A stretch of 64,000 bases of DNA from Planctomycetota bacterium. GTDB taxonomy: Bacteria > Planctomycetota > PLA2 > JAEUHO01. A model generated the notes under the pieces. The model was not told the DNA's origin. It was given only the letters and a program-made list of their open reading frames with translations, and ran no database searches. Made by a program: the position numbers and the translations under genes. Positions 19,710-28,598 of the stretch are shown piece after piece (the stretch's first letter is position 1; each line of letters opens with the position of its first letter). The stretch spans positions 19,620 through 83,619 of the forward strand of contig JBFWRP010000020.1 of NCBI GenBank assembly GCA_050248855.1. The letters run 5' to 3'.

Positions 19710-20555
19710 CTACTTGGGAGGCGGCGGCGCGAAGGCGGCGTCGGGCAAGCCGCCGTTGACGCGCACGCGGGCCGGGAACGCCAGCAGCGTGCGCTGCCAC
19801 CGTCCCTGGTCGTCCACGATGCCGCCTTCGACACGGCCGGGGATGCGGCGTCCGTCCGCCGGCGCGTCGCGCCAGCCGTCCAGACGCCAGCGTCGCTCGG
19901 GCGTCCTGGCGCCCGGGTCCGCAGCCTCGCGGACGCGCCGGAGGTCACCCACCGTGCGCGGCGCCGGCGCGGGCTCGAAGGCGAGCTCCAGCAGCGGGAC
20001 GCCGGGCGCATGCCGACGCACGAGACGAAGCGCCTCCGGCAAGCCCTCTTCGCGAGCTGGCACCAGGCCCAGGTCCTCGAACGCGACGCCCTCTCCGTCC
20101 AGGCCCGCCAAGGTCAGGTAGCGGGCCAGCTCGGCGAAGCGGTCCCGATCGGCGACCAGCTGCGCGCGGGCGCGGGCTCCGTCGGCATCGCGCCCCGCTT
20201 CACGCACCGCGCCGTCAGGCGTCTGGAACCAGAGATGGTCGCCGTTCAGGATCTTGACGACTTCCTGGCCGGCACTGCGCTCGGGACGCTGCGCGAGGCG
20301 GAAGGCGTCGGGCGCGCGGTACCAGATGCGCAGGAACCCCTCGTGGTGCGACGGGCCGTCGTCGACGCGAACCTCCTCCAAGTCCAGGTAGACGTCGTCG
20401 ACGTCACGGGCCGGCTCGCCGCCCCGCTGCAGCCAGCGTGCGGCGTTGGCGACCAGGACGGCGCCGCGGCGCAGGCGCGCCTCCGGCGCCTCGTCGTCGG
20501 CGCGTGCCGTGGTCGCGGCCGCGAGGAACGCGACGACGAGGAGGAAACGCTTCAT
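19710..20555 (-). CDS. Exported LolA/LppX-like protein, paralog 2
   Basis: Signal peptide MKRFLLVVAFLAAATTARA. GFLRIWYRAPDAFRL...VKILNGDHLWF...LVADRDRFAELARYLTL. Confidence 0.6.
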   Translation of the reverse strand: MKRFLLVVAFLAAATTARADDEAPEARLRRGAVLVANAARWLQRGGEPARDVDDVYLDLEEVRVDDGPSHHEGFLRIWYRAPDAFRLAQRPERSAGQEVVKILNGDHLWFQTPDGAVREAGRDADGARARAQLVADRDRFAELARYLTLAGLDGEGVAFEDLGLVPAREEGLPEALRLVRRHAPGVPLLELAFEPAPAPRTVGDLRRVREAADPGARTPERRWRLDGWRDAPADGRRIPGRVEGGIVDDQGRWQRTLLAFPARVRVNGGLPDAAFAPPPPK

Positions 20556-20579
20556 GGGCGTGCCCGCGCGCGGACGCGG

Positions 20580-21503
20580 CTACTTGTTGGGAGGCATGAA
20601 CCGTGCTTGGTCGATGCCCACGTTGATCTTGATGTCGCGCACGGTGGCGCGGAGGAAGCGCAAGGGGGCGCGGCCCGGGAGCAGCGAGTAGGCGTCGATC
20701 TGCTCGGGGTAGCGGATGGCCGTGCCGCCGCCGCGCTGCGGATCGCGCCAGCCGCGGAGGATGTAGTCCTCCGTGGGCAGGTTGCGCGACGGATCACCCA
20801 GGATGCGCACGATGCCCGGCCACGTCGCCTGGTAGCCGCCGTCCGCACCGCGCTGGAACGCGATCCAGAAGTGCATCTCGGCGGCGCCCGGGGCCACGCG
20901 CCGGAGCTTGAGCCAGCGACCGGCGTAGCTGCCGTTGCCTTCCTTCTCGCCCTCGAAGAGGAACTGGGCCCCGTCGCCCATGAGGCTGCGCAGCGTGAGG
21001 AACTGCGCGAGGTCGCCGAGGCGGTCGCGGTCCTCCTTCAGCTGGCGGATGGCGCTGACGCCGCCCGCCGTGCCGTGCATGCGCTGCGCCTGCCCGCGTG
21101 GGTCCACGATCCAGAGGCGGTCGCCGTTCAGGATCTTGGTCGTGACGTTGCGCGAGACCGTGAGCTCCTGGCGGAAGCGGTCCGGCGCCTGCCACCAGAG
21201 CCGCATGGGGCCGCGGTGCGTCATCGTGTCCAGGTCGAGCTCGGCGATGATGTTGATGTAGAAGTCCGTCGTCTGGTCGATGCCCGTGCCGCCCATCGAA
21301 ACCCAGCGCACGCACTGGTCGAACAGGGCGAGGCCGATGTCGGGCGATGCGACGGGGGCGCCGGCCGGCGGCGGGGGAGCCATCTCGCCGCCACGCGCCT
21401 CGGCCGCGCGGGGCGGGCCGAAGCAGAGGGCCGTGGCGAGAACGGCGAAGGCCGCCGCGCCAAGGGCGCCGGCGAACCGGGTGCGGACGGGGGGACGTGC
21501 CAT
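20580..21503 (-). CDS. Exported LolA/LppX-like protein, paralog 1
   Basis: Signal-like N-terminus. GPMRLWWQAPDRFRQE...TTKILNGDRLWI...LKEDRDRLGDLAQFLTL, C-terminus IKINVGIDQARFMPP. Confidence 0.6.
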   Translation of the reverse strand: MARPPVRTRFAGALGAAAFAVLATALCFGPPRAAEARGGEMAPPPPAGAPVASPDIGLALFDQCVRWVSMGGTGIDQTTDFYINIIAELDLDTMTHRGPMRLWWQAPDRFRQELTVSRNVTTKILNGDRLWIVDPRGQAQRMHGTAGGVSAIRQLKEDRDRLGDLAQFLTLRSLMGDGAQFLFEGEKEGNGSYAGRWLKLRRVAPGAAEMHFWIAFQRGADGGYQATWPGIVRILGDPSRNLPTEDYILRGWRDPQRGGGTAIRYPEQIDAYSLLPGRAPLRFLRATVRDIKINVGIDQARFMPPNK

Positions 21504-21719
21504 CGGGACGGGGCTCCTGCGAGGGGGAGGCCGCGCAGGCAAGGCCAGAGGGTGCGCGGCGGGAGGCCAGCATGGGGCGATCCCCGCGGGTCTCCAAGGG
21601 GCGAGGATACCGCCGCCCGCCCACGCGTCGCTCTTGGCGGCCGCGGACCGTCACGACTCCGTCCGTGCGGGCGCGCCGGAGGGCTCCGTGGGCGGACCTC
21701 GTGCGAGGATCCCCGGCCC

Positions 21720-23018
21720 TTGGATGGCCACGTCCCCGACTCGTGGAGCCCGGCGCCGGGCGTGCGCGTGCGCTTCCTCCGCGACCGCCGCCATCCCACC
21801 GCGCACGTGCGCGTGCTCGTCCACCGCCGCGTCGACGATCTTCCGGCTGTCACGGCCGTGTTGGCGCGGACGCTCGAGTCGGCTGCGACGGCGTGGCCGA
21901 CGCGACAGGCCCTGGCATGGCGCTTGGCCGATCTCTACGACGCGGCGCTCGACGTGACGGTGGAGTCCTACGGCGGCCGGGCGGCGCTCGTGGCGTCGCT
22001 CGACTGGCCCATCGCGGCCGTTCCGCAGGCCGAGAGGGCCCTGCACGACGGGCTCGCGTTGCTCGGCGAGATCCTCGCGGCGCCGCTGCGGAACGACGAC
22101 GGGGCGATCCACGCGGAGCTCCTCGGCCGCGCACGCCAGGAAGTGCTGCGCGACCTGGCCAGCCGTTCGGACGACAAGGCCAGGAGCGTCACGCGGCGCG
22201 CCGTGGAGCTTGGCGCTCCCGACCACCCGATCAGCGTGCCGAAGGACGGCCGCGGGCCCGACGTGGCGCGCGTCGACGGCCGCGCTGCCGCGTCCGTGCA
22301 CGCCCGGCTCCTGGCCTCGCATCCCATCGACGTGCAGGTGATCGCGGACGCGACGCCGTCGGAGGTCCGGCGGGCCGTCGGGCAGCATCTCGTGGGCCGC
22401 CTGCCTGTGCGCCAGCGCGTCCACGAGCCTCGCCCGAAGGGACGCCTCGGGCCGCGCCCCGCAGGTCCCGCGCGCCAGGTCCTGACCGAGCCCGTGGCCC
22501 AGACCTGGTGGGCGGGGGCCTGGCGCACGCCGCGCCGCCCCGGGCCTACACAGGGGCTGGGCGGGGAGGCCGCCTCCGGCGTGCTGGGCGAGAGCGGCTC
22601 CTCGTTGCTGTTCCAGGTGGCCCGGGAGCACGACGGCTTGGCCTATGTCGTGGGCAGCAGCTGGCACCGCGATCCCGGCCTCCTGCTCGTGCACGCGGGC
22701 GTGGGCGAGGGGAAGGAGGCGCAGCTCGTGCGCCGCGTGCGCTCCCTGCTGCGGGGGCTTGCACGCGGGGGACCGGACACCGGGCACCTGGACGCGTGGA
22801 AGCAGGAGACGCGCGAGCGGTTCGAGGGCGTGGCCGACGAGCCGGCGGCGCTGTGCCGCTGGTGGACGCTGGCCGACGTACGTGGCGAGCCGCTGGATCC
22901 CCGGGCGGCCGGCCAGCGGCGGCTGGACATCACAGCGCGCACGGTGCGCGACGTGGTCAGGCGCCTGGAGCCGGCGGCCGACGTGCGCCTGCGGGCTGCG
23001 CACGGTGTTCCCGCATGA
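21720..23018 (+). CDS. M16 peptidase family non-catalytic subunit (YmfF-like)
   Basis: WPTRQALAWRLADLYDA, SSLLFQVAREHDGLAYVVGS. No HXXEH motif. TTG start approximate. Confidence 0.7.
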   Translation: MDGHVPDSWSPAPGVRVRFLRDRRHPTAHVRVLVHRRVDDLPAVTAVLARTLESAATAWPTRQALAWRLADLYDAALDVTVESYGGRAALVASLDWPIAAVPQAERALHDGLALLGEILAAPLRNDDGAIHAELLGRARQEVLRDLASRSDDKARSVTRRAVELGAPDHPISVPKDGRGPDVARVDGRAAASVHARLLASHPIDVQVIADATPSEVRRAVGQHLVGRLPVRQRVHEPRPKGRLGPRPAGPARQVLTEPVAQTWWAGAWRTPRRPGPTQGLGGEAASGVLGESGSSLLFQVAREHDGLAYVVGSSWHRDPGLLLVHAGVGEGKEAQLVRRVRSLLRGLARGGPDTGHLDAWKQETRERFEGVADEPAALCRWWTLADVRGEPLDPRAAGQRRLDITARTVRDVVRRLEPAADVRLRAAHGVPA

Positions 23019-24292
23019 CGTCGCCCCGTCGCCCCCGTTGGTGCGTCCACGACCTGCCGCTTCGCGGCGGACGCGTGCACGAGGCCCGCGCACGCGGCGG
23101 GACGCCCGTCTGGGTGGCGCCGCTGCCCGGCGTCGCGCGCAGTCACGCCATCGTGGGGGCGCGCTTCGGATCCCTCGATGATCGTCTCCCCGACGGCACG
23201 CGCCTGCCGCCGGGAACGGCCCACTTGCTCGAGCACCAGATGTTCCAGGACGAGCAGGGGGACCTGTTCGACACGTACGCACGCCGGGGTGCGGAGGCCA
23301 ATGCCTACACGATGACCACGTCGACCTGCTACCTCGTGGGTTGCCGCGAGGCGCTCGGCGCGAACCTGCACACGCTGCTGCGCAGCATGGCGGGCTTCCA
23401 CGGCACGCGCGAGAGCTTGGCGCGCGAGCGCGAGATCATCGGCCAGGAGATCGCGCTCTACGCCGACGACGCCTCCAGCCGGGGGCAGCTGGACCTGCTG
23501 CGCAGCCTCTACGCGACCCACCCGGTCCGCGAGGACCCCGCGGGCACGCGCTCCTCGATCCGTCGCATTCCGCTGTCCCTCCTGCAGCGGGTCCACGACA
23601 TCGCCTACACGCCGCGCAACCTCGTCCTGGTCGTTGCTGGCGACGTCGACCCGGAGGCCGTCCTGGCGGCGGCGGACGAGGAGCTTCCGGTGCGGCCGGG
23701 GCGGGCTTGGCGCCGCCCGCCGCGGCCGCAAGACGGACGCGGGCCGTGGTCGCGGCGAACGGCGCGCCTGCCCGTGGCCCGCCCGCAAGTGCTGTTCGGC
23801 GCGCGCCTGCCGGCCCCCGGGCCCGGCCAGGCGCTGCTCCGCGCCCGTGTGGAGACGGGACTTCTCCTCGACCTGCTCTTCGGGGACGGCGGCCTCGTGC
23901 AGGCGCCCCTTTTCGATCGCGGCCTGGCCGACGAGGGCTTCGCCGCGAGCGCCGAGCACGAAGCCGACCATGCGTACGTCGTCGTGGGGGGAGATGCCGA
24001 CGACGCGCCCGCGTTCGAGCGCGCGCTGGGCGCCGCCCTCGCCAACCTCCCTTCCCGCTTGGAGGCGGTGGACGTGGAGCGCGCGCGTCGCCGGCAGCTG
24101 GGCGTGCGTGCGCGTCGCCTCGGCCGCGCGGAGCCAACCGCCAACGCGCTGCTGACGCTGGCGCTGGACGGCTTCCGGCCCGGTGCGGACCTGCGCTGGC
24201 TCCTGGCGGCCGACGTTTCCTCGCTCGAACGCCGCCTGCGCGAGCTCGCCGCCGCGCAGTGGGCCGTCTCCGTCGTGCGTCCTTGCGCGTAG
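23015..24292 (+). CDS. M16 zinc peptidase (YmfH-like)
   Basis: FGSLD, PPGTAHLLEHQMF (HXXEH), ANAYT, EREIIGQEI, HPVREDPAGT, YTPRNLVLVVAGDVD. ATGA overlap with the upstream gene. Confidence 0.85.
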   Translation: MTSPRRPRWCVHDLPLRGGRVHEARARGGTPVWVAPLPGVARSHAIVGARFGSLDDRLPDGTRLPPGTAHLLEHQMFQDEQGDLFDTYARRGAEANAYTMTTSTCYLVGCREALGANLHTLLRSMAGFHGTRESLAREREIIGQEIALYADDASSRGQLDLLRSLYATHPVREDPAGTRSSIRRIPLSLLQRVHDIAYTPRNLVLVVAGDVDPEAVLAAADEELPVRPGRAWRRPPRPQDGRGPWSRRTARLPVARPQVLFGARLPAPGPGQALLRARVETGLLLDLLFGDGGLVQAPLFDRGLADEGFAASAEHEADHAYVVVGGDADDAPAFERALGAALANLPSRLEAVDVERARRRQLGVRARRLGRAEPTANALLTLALDGFRPGADLRWLLAADVSSLERRLRELAAAQWAVSVVRPCA

Positions 24293-24392
24293 GGCCCTTC
24301 CCCGCGGCAGGGCGCGCGGGTTGTCGCGCGACGGCCACCGCGTAGAATCCCGGCACGTCGCGCACGGGCAGCGCGAGGGGAGGTCGCTCTCG

Positions 24393-25472
24393 GTGTCGTC
24401 CGTCGCGCGTGATCGCATCCGGCGCTGCTTGGCGATGATCCCCCTGATCCGCGCACGTCCAGGGATCCGCATTCCCGAGCTCGCGCACATCTTCGGGGTG
24501 CGCGAGTCCGAGATCTGGGAGGACATCACCGAGATCCTCTCGCTGTGCGGCGTGCCCCCGTACCTGCCCCACAACTATCTCGTGTTCGGCATCCACGGGG
24601 ATCGCGTCACGATCCGCTTTGCCGAGCATCTGGCCCGTCCCGTGCATCTGACGTTGCAGGAGGCCTTGGCCATCGACTTGGCCCTCCGCGTGGTCAGCGG
24701 GGGGCGGCCGCCGGCGTTCGGCGATGCGGCGCCGCGACTTCGACGCAAGCTGCGCGACCTGATCGGTCGGGCGGACCGCGAGGTCCTGGAGACCCTGGAC
24801 CGCCACGTGGGCGGCGCCGTGCCCTCCGACCACGTGACCCAGACGATCCAGGTCCTGAAGGAGGCGATGGGGCGCAACGTGGGCGTGGAGATCGAGTACT
24901 ACACGGCCAGCCGCGACAGCGTGGGCACGCGTATCATCGAGCCCTACGGTCTGATCGACCATCGGGGCAGCTGGTACGTGGTCGCTCGCGACGCCCTGCG
25001 CCAGCGTGAGGTGCCTTTCCGCGTGGACCGCATCCGCTGGGCGCGGCCGGTGCCCGGGCACGAGTACGAAGTGCCCGAGGAGTTCACGACCGAGGCCTTC
25101 CGGCGCGACGAGATGCGCGAGCGCGCGCCGGGTGACGTGCCCGTTCGCGTGCGGTTCGACCCGCGCCAGGCGGGCCGCGTACGCGAGGACGCGGGCAGCA
25201 AGGGCGTGCAGAACCTCCCCGACGGCTCCGTGGTCCGCACCTACCACGTGGATCCGCAGCGCCCGCGCTGGCTGTTCACGCACGTCGCGCGTTACGGCCC
25301 CGAGGCCGAGATCCTGAGCCCGCCCCAGCTCCGGCGCGGCATGGCCTCGTTCCTGGCCGAGGTCGCCGCGGCCCAGGACGTCACGGTCGCCGCCCCGCGC
25401 CGCACGGCCCGGGCCGCGGCGGCCACGCCGCGCAAGCCGGCCCGCACCCGCCGCAAGCCGCGGACGGGCTGA
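24393..25472 (+). CDS. HTH-WYL-WCX transcriptional regulator (PafC-like)
   Basis: RCLAMIPLI...ELAHIFGV...LSLCGVPPY, RPVHLTLQEA, YYTASRD, RIIEPYGL, WYVVA, FRVDRI, YGPEAEILSPPQLR. Confidence 0.88.
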   Translation: MSSVARDRIRRCLAMIPLIRARPGIRIPELAHIFGVRESEIWEDITEILSLCGVPPYLPHNYLVFGIHGDRVTIRFAEHLARPVHLTLQEALAIDLALRVVSGGRPPAFGDAAPRLRRKLRDLIGRADREVLETLDRHVGGAVPSDHVTQTIQVLKEAMGRNVGVEIEYYTASRDSVGTRIIEPYGLIDHRGSWYVVARDALRQREVPFRVDRIRWARPVPGHEYEVPEEFTTEAFRRDEMRERAPGDVPVRVRFDPRQAGRVREDAGSKGVQNLPDGSVVRTYHVDPQRPRWLFTHVARYGPEAEILSPPQLRRGMASFLAEVAAAQDVTVAAPRRTARAAAATPRKPARTRRKPRTG

Positions 25473-25719
25473 CGCCGTCCGGCGGGTGCCTGGCCGGCGC
25501 ACGTCCGGGGGGCCGTCCGGCCATGGCGCGGGGTCCGCCACGGCGCCGCGAGGCCCGGTCCAATGGGCCCTGGAGCCGACCAAGGCCGTTGGAGCCGCGC
25601 TGCCCCGGGTGCTATGGTGGGCGAGCCACGTCGGGCCGCGGGGCACATGGCCAGGACCGGGCATCGGATCCGGTCGACTCCCGAAGTGCCGCGTTGCCCG
25701 GTCCATCGGGAGGATCGGC

Positions 25720-28413
25720 ATGCGCCATCGAAGCCGGCGAGATCTCCAAGCGCCTGCAGCAACCGTGCAGCGCGCCTCGGCGCGTCCCAGCTGGGGGTGG
25801 CGCGGCTTCGTGTCCGCGATCGCGGTAGGCCTCATCGCCGGGGGGCTGGGTGGGCACCCGTGTGCACGGGCCGCCGACGACCCGCCCGCGGCGGAAGGCG
25901 ACGCCTTCGCGTGGACGGCGGTCACGGAAGGCTTGGCCGTGTACGGCATCTCGGGCCTCGTGCCCCACGCGACCGACGGCGATCGCGCCTTCGCGCACGT
26001 CCATGGCATGGGCGTGGCCGAGACCCGCGACCGCGGCGTCACGTGGCGCGTGCTGGCGGGAGCTCCTTCGTGCACGCCGGACACGCACGTCAAGATCACG
26101 CTCGACCCGAAGGAGCAGGGCGTGATGTACGTCGTGGCCGACGGTCGCGTGCACAAGAGCGAGGACGACGGCGCCACGTTCCGCGACATCACCTCGGGCA
26201 GCCTGGCGGCCTACACCTGGGACAAGCGCCAGACCAGCTACCTCGGCTGCCAAGTCGTGATCGACGCCAAGAAGAGCAACTCGTTGCTCGTCGGCACGCG
26301 TGGTGACGGTTGGCACCACGGGGGCCTGTACCAGAGCACGGACGGCGGCAAGACGTGGGAGGTCGTCGCGGGCTCGGACGTGGCGGACTCGCCGCTGGGC
26401 ACGGACGTGCCGTGGGTGCGGCGCGACCCCAAGACCGACAAGAACATCGCCGCCATCGGCCGCTCGGCTCTCTATTACAGCGAGAAGAGCGGGACGCTGT
26501 TCAAGCGCTTGGCCCTGGGTGGCAAGGTGCCGCGACCGTACGACATCCGCGCCGTCTCCGACTCCAGCGGCGGTCGCGACCTGTACCTGAGCGACGTGCG
26601 CGGCGTCTGGTACAGCAAGGACGCGGGCAAGAGCTGGTCCAAGGACCCGGTGGTCGAGGAGGAGGCCCTCGCGGCCGAGCCCGACCCGCACGCGCGGCGC
26701 GTGTTCGTCGCGCTGTCCGGACCGGGTCTCTGCGTGTTCGACAAGGGCAAGACCGAGCCCGTGGGCGGCGAGGACGCCGAGGATCCGGGCTATGCCAACG
26801 CGGAGATCCGCGAGATCGCTCCCCACCCGCGGGATCGCAAGCTGGTCTATGCCGCTTCACCCGTGTCGGGCCTCTGGCGCAGCGACGACGACGGCCTCAC
26901 GTTCACGCACCTCGTCGGCACCGTGCCCCAGGTCACCGACCGACTGAGCCACATCGCCAGCCACGCGGCCGGCGCCCACCCGCACTTGGCCGTCAATCGT
27001 CTGGGGCGTGTCTACCGCTCGACGGACCACGGCAGCACGTGGTCGTACGTCGGACGCGTCGGGACGGTCGTCCACGATCTGGTGGCGGGCCTCGAGGCCG
27101 GCACGTGGTGGGCCGCCGGTCGGCATCTCATGCGATCGACGGACGACGGCGCGACCTGGGAGGTCGCGTTCGCCACGCCCCCCGAGGATGACTCCGCCAC
27201 GCGCGTGGTCGTCCACGCGAGCGGGGCCGTGTACGCGCTGCTGCGCCAGACGGGCCGCGTGGTCCGTTCCGTGGACGGGGTGACGTGGGAGTGCCCCAAG
27301 GCCAAGGAAGCGCCGCTCGATGGCACCACGCCGGCCGTGGACTTCGACGTGGACCCGAACGACCCGAAGCACGTCGTGATGGCGGCGGCGACCTCCAACG
27401 AGCGCTGGGTTCCGGCCGACCTGAGCGGCGGCGTCTACGAGAGCTTCGACGGGGGCGTCGAGTGGACGCCGATCCACGCGACGCTGCTGCCGCGCAAGAG
27501 CGCACCGGCCGAGGCGCAGCGCCGAGCGGCGTGGTGGAACCATGCCGCTTTCGTCCGCTTCGACCCTGGCACGGGTCTGCTCCTCTACGGCGCCCACCGC
27601 CGTGGCGTGCTCGCCCGACGCTCGTTGCCGGCGGACATGCCCGCCGCCGAGCGCAAGAGCGCCTTCCAGGGCTGGGTCGACGTCTCGCCCGCGGAGGCGG
27701 TCCGGCCCGCTGCGGACGCGGTGATCACGGCCATCTGCCTGGATCGCTTGGGGGCCGATGGCGAGAAGCCCGCGACGACGCGCTGGGTGGTGCAGCTCGA
27801 GGCCGTGACCGGAGCCACGACCACGATCTCGCTGGGCAGCGATGACCTCTTGGCCGCCTGGGAGACGGGGCGTGCCAACGCCACGCCGCCCAACAAGGAA
27901 GAGCCCCCCTCCGCGGCCGTCTGGACGCAGGAGGTCGACCCGGGGGTCGCCGTGGCGGACATGGTGGCCGATGCCCCGCACGCGGGTCGCCGCCTGGCCG
28001 TGGACGGTCGGGGTCGGCGCGGCGTCCTCGTCTGGGAGCGGCCCGGCATGACCGCCCCGCCCCCCGAGGAGCCCGTGGAGGAGCCCACGGACGAGCCCGT
28101 CGCGCCGGGAGACGCACCCTCGCCGGGCGAGCCCGTGCCCCCGGCTCCTGGCGAGCCGGGTGCCGGACCGGAGCCTGGGAGGGAGCCCGCGGCCCCCGGC
28201 GACCCCGCGAAGGACCCGGCGGCGCCGGGTACGCCGGCACCGGACGCCCCCGCGCCGCCGGGGGACGCCCCTGCGAAGGATCCTGCGCCGCCGCAGGACC
28301 CGGCGCCCCAGGATCCGGCGCCCCAGGATCCCGCACCCCCGCAGGATCCTGCACCTCCGCAGGAGCCCGTGCCGGACGACCCGCCTGCGGGCGGAGCTCC
28401 CTCCGGCTCGTAG
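25720..28413 (+). CDS. Exported BNR/Asp-box beta-propeller protein with Pro-rich C-terminal tail
   Basis: Repeated S/TxDxGxT/SW/F boxes (TRDRGVTW, SEDDGATF, STDGGKTW, SKDAGKSW, SDDDGLTF, STDHGSTW, STDDGATW, SFDGGVEW). Start uncertain. Confidence 0.8.
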   Translation: MRHRSRRDLQAPAATVQRASARPSWGWRGFVSAIAVGLIAGGLGGHPCARAADDPPAAEGDAFAWTAVTEGLAVYGISGLVPHATDGDRAFAHVHGMGVAETRDRGVTWRVLAGAPSCTPDTHVKITLDPKEQGVMYVVADGRVHKSEDDGATFRDITSGSLAAYTWDKRQTSYLGCQVVIDAKKSNSLLVGTRGDGWHHGGLYQSTDGGKTWEVVAGSDVADSPLGTDVPWVRRDPKTDKNIAAIGRSALYYSEKSGTLFKRLALGGKVPRPYDIRAVSDSSGGRDLYLSDVRGVWYSKDAGKSWSKDPVVEEEALAAEPDPHARRVFVALSGPGLCVFDKGKTEPVGGEDAEDPGYANAEIREIAPHPRDRKLVYAASPVSGLWRSDDDGLTFTHLVGTVPQVTDRLSHIASHAAGAHPHLAVNRLGRVYRSTDHGSTWSYVGRVGTVVHDLVAGLEAGTWWAAGRHLMRSTDDGATWEVAFATPPEDDSATRVVVHASGAVYALLRQTGRVVRSVDGVTWECPKAKEAPLDGTTPAVDFDVDPNDPKHVVMAAATSNERWVPADLSGGVYESFDGGVEWTPIHATLLPRKSAPAEAQRRAAWWNHAAFVRFDPGTGLLLYGAHRRGVLARRSLPADMPAAERKSAFQGWVDVSPAEAVRPAADAVITAICLDRLGADGEKPATTRWVVQLEAVTGATTTISLGSDDLLAAWETGRANATPPNKEEPPSAAVWTQEVDPGVAVADMVADAPHAGRRLAVDGRGRRGVLVWERPGMTAPPPEEPVEEPTDEPVAPGDAPSPGEPVPPAPGEPGAGPEPGREPAAPGDPAKDPAAPGTPAPDAPAPPGDAPAKDPAPPQDPAPQDPAPQDPAPPQDPAPPQEPVPDDPPAGGAPSGS

Positions 28414-28521
28414 GGGCACACCCCGGGGGCCGTCCGAGAGCCCCTCCTGCTTCGGCCACCGGGTCCCTCGCTGCGCCACGGCAGAGCTCGAATCCCGGTC
28501 CACTACGGTCAGGAGACGGCC

Positions 28522-28587
28522 TCCGGCCCGCCTTCCCGTCGTGCCCGTGGCTCGCTTCGGCCCCGGCGCCCTCGCGACGGAGTGTCT
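28522..28587 (+). repeat. 66-bp repeat, inverted partner of 31291-31356
   Basis: TCCGGCCCGCCTTCCCGTCGTGCCCG...GTGTCT. 62/66 identical to the reverse complement of 31291-31356 by manual alignment. Confidence 0.9.
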
Positions 28588-28598
28588 TCCGACAGACG

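Noticed and set aside
19413..21719. 1201-aa ORF 19413..23018 as one protein
   Set aside because: The 5' part lies antisense to the three LolA-like genes. Only the 3' ~430 codons look like M16.
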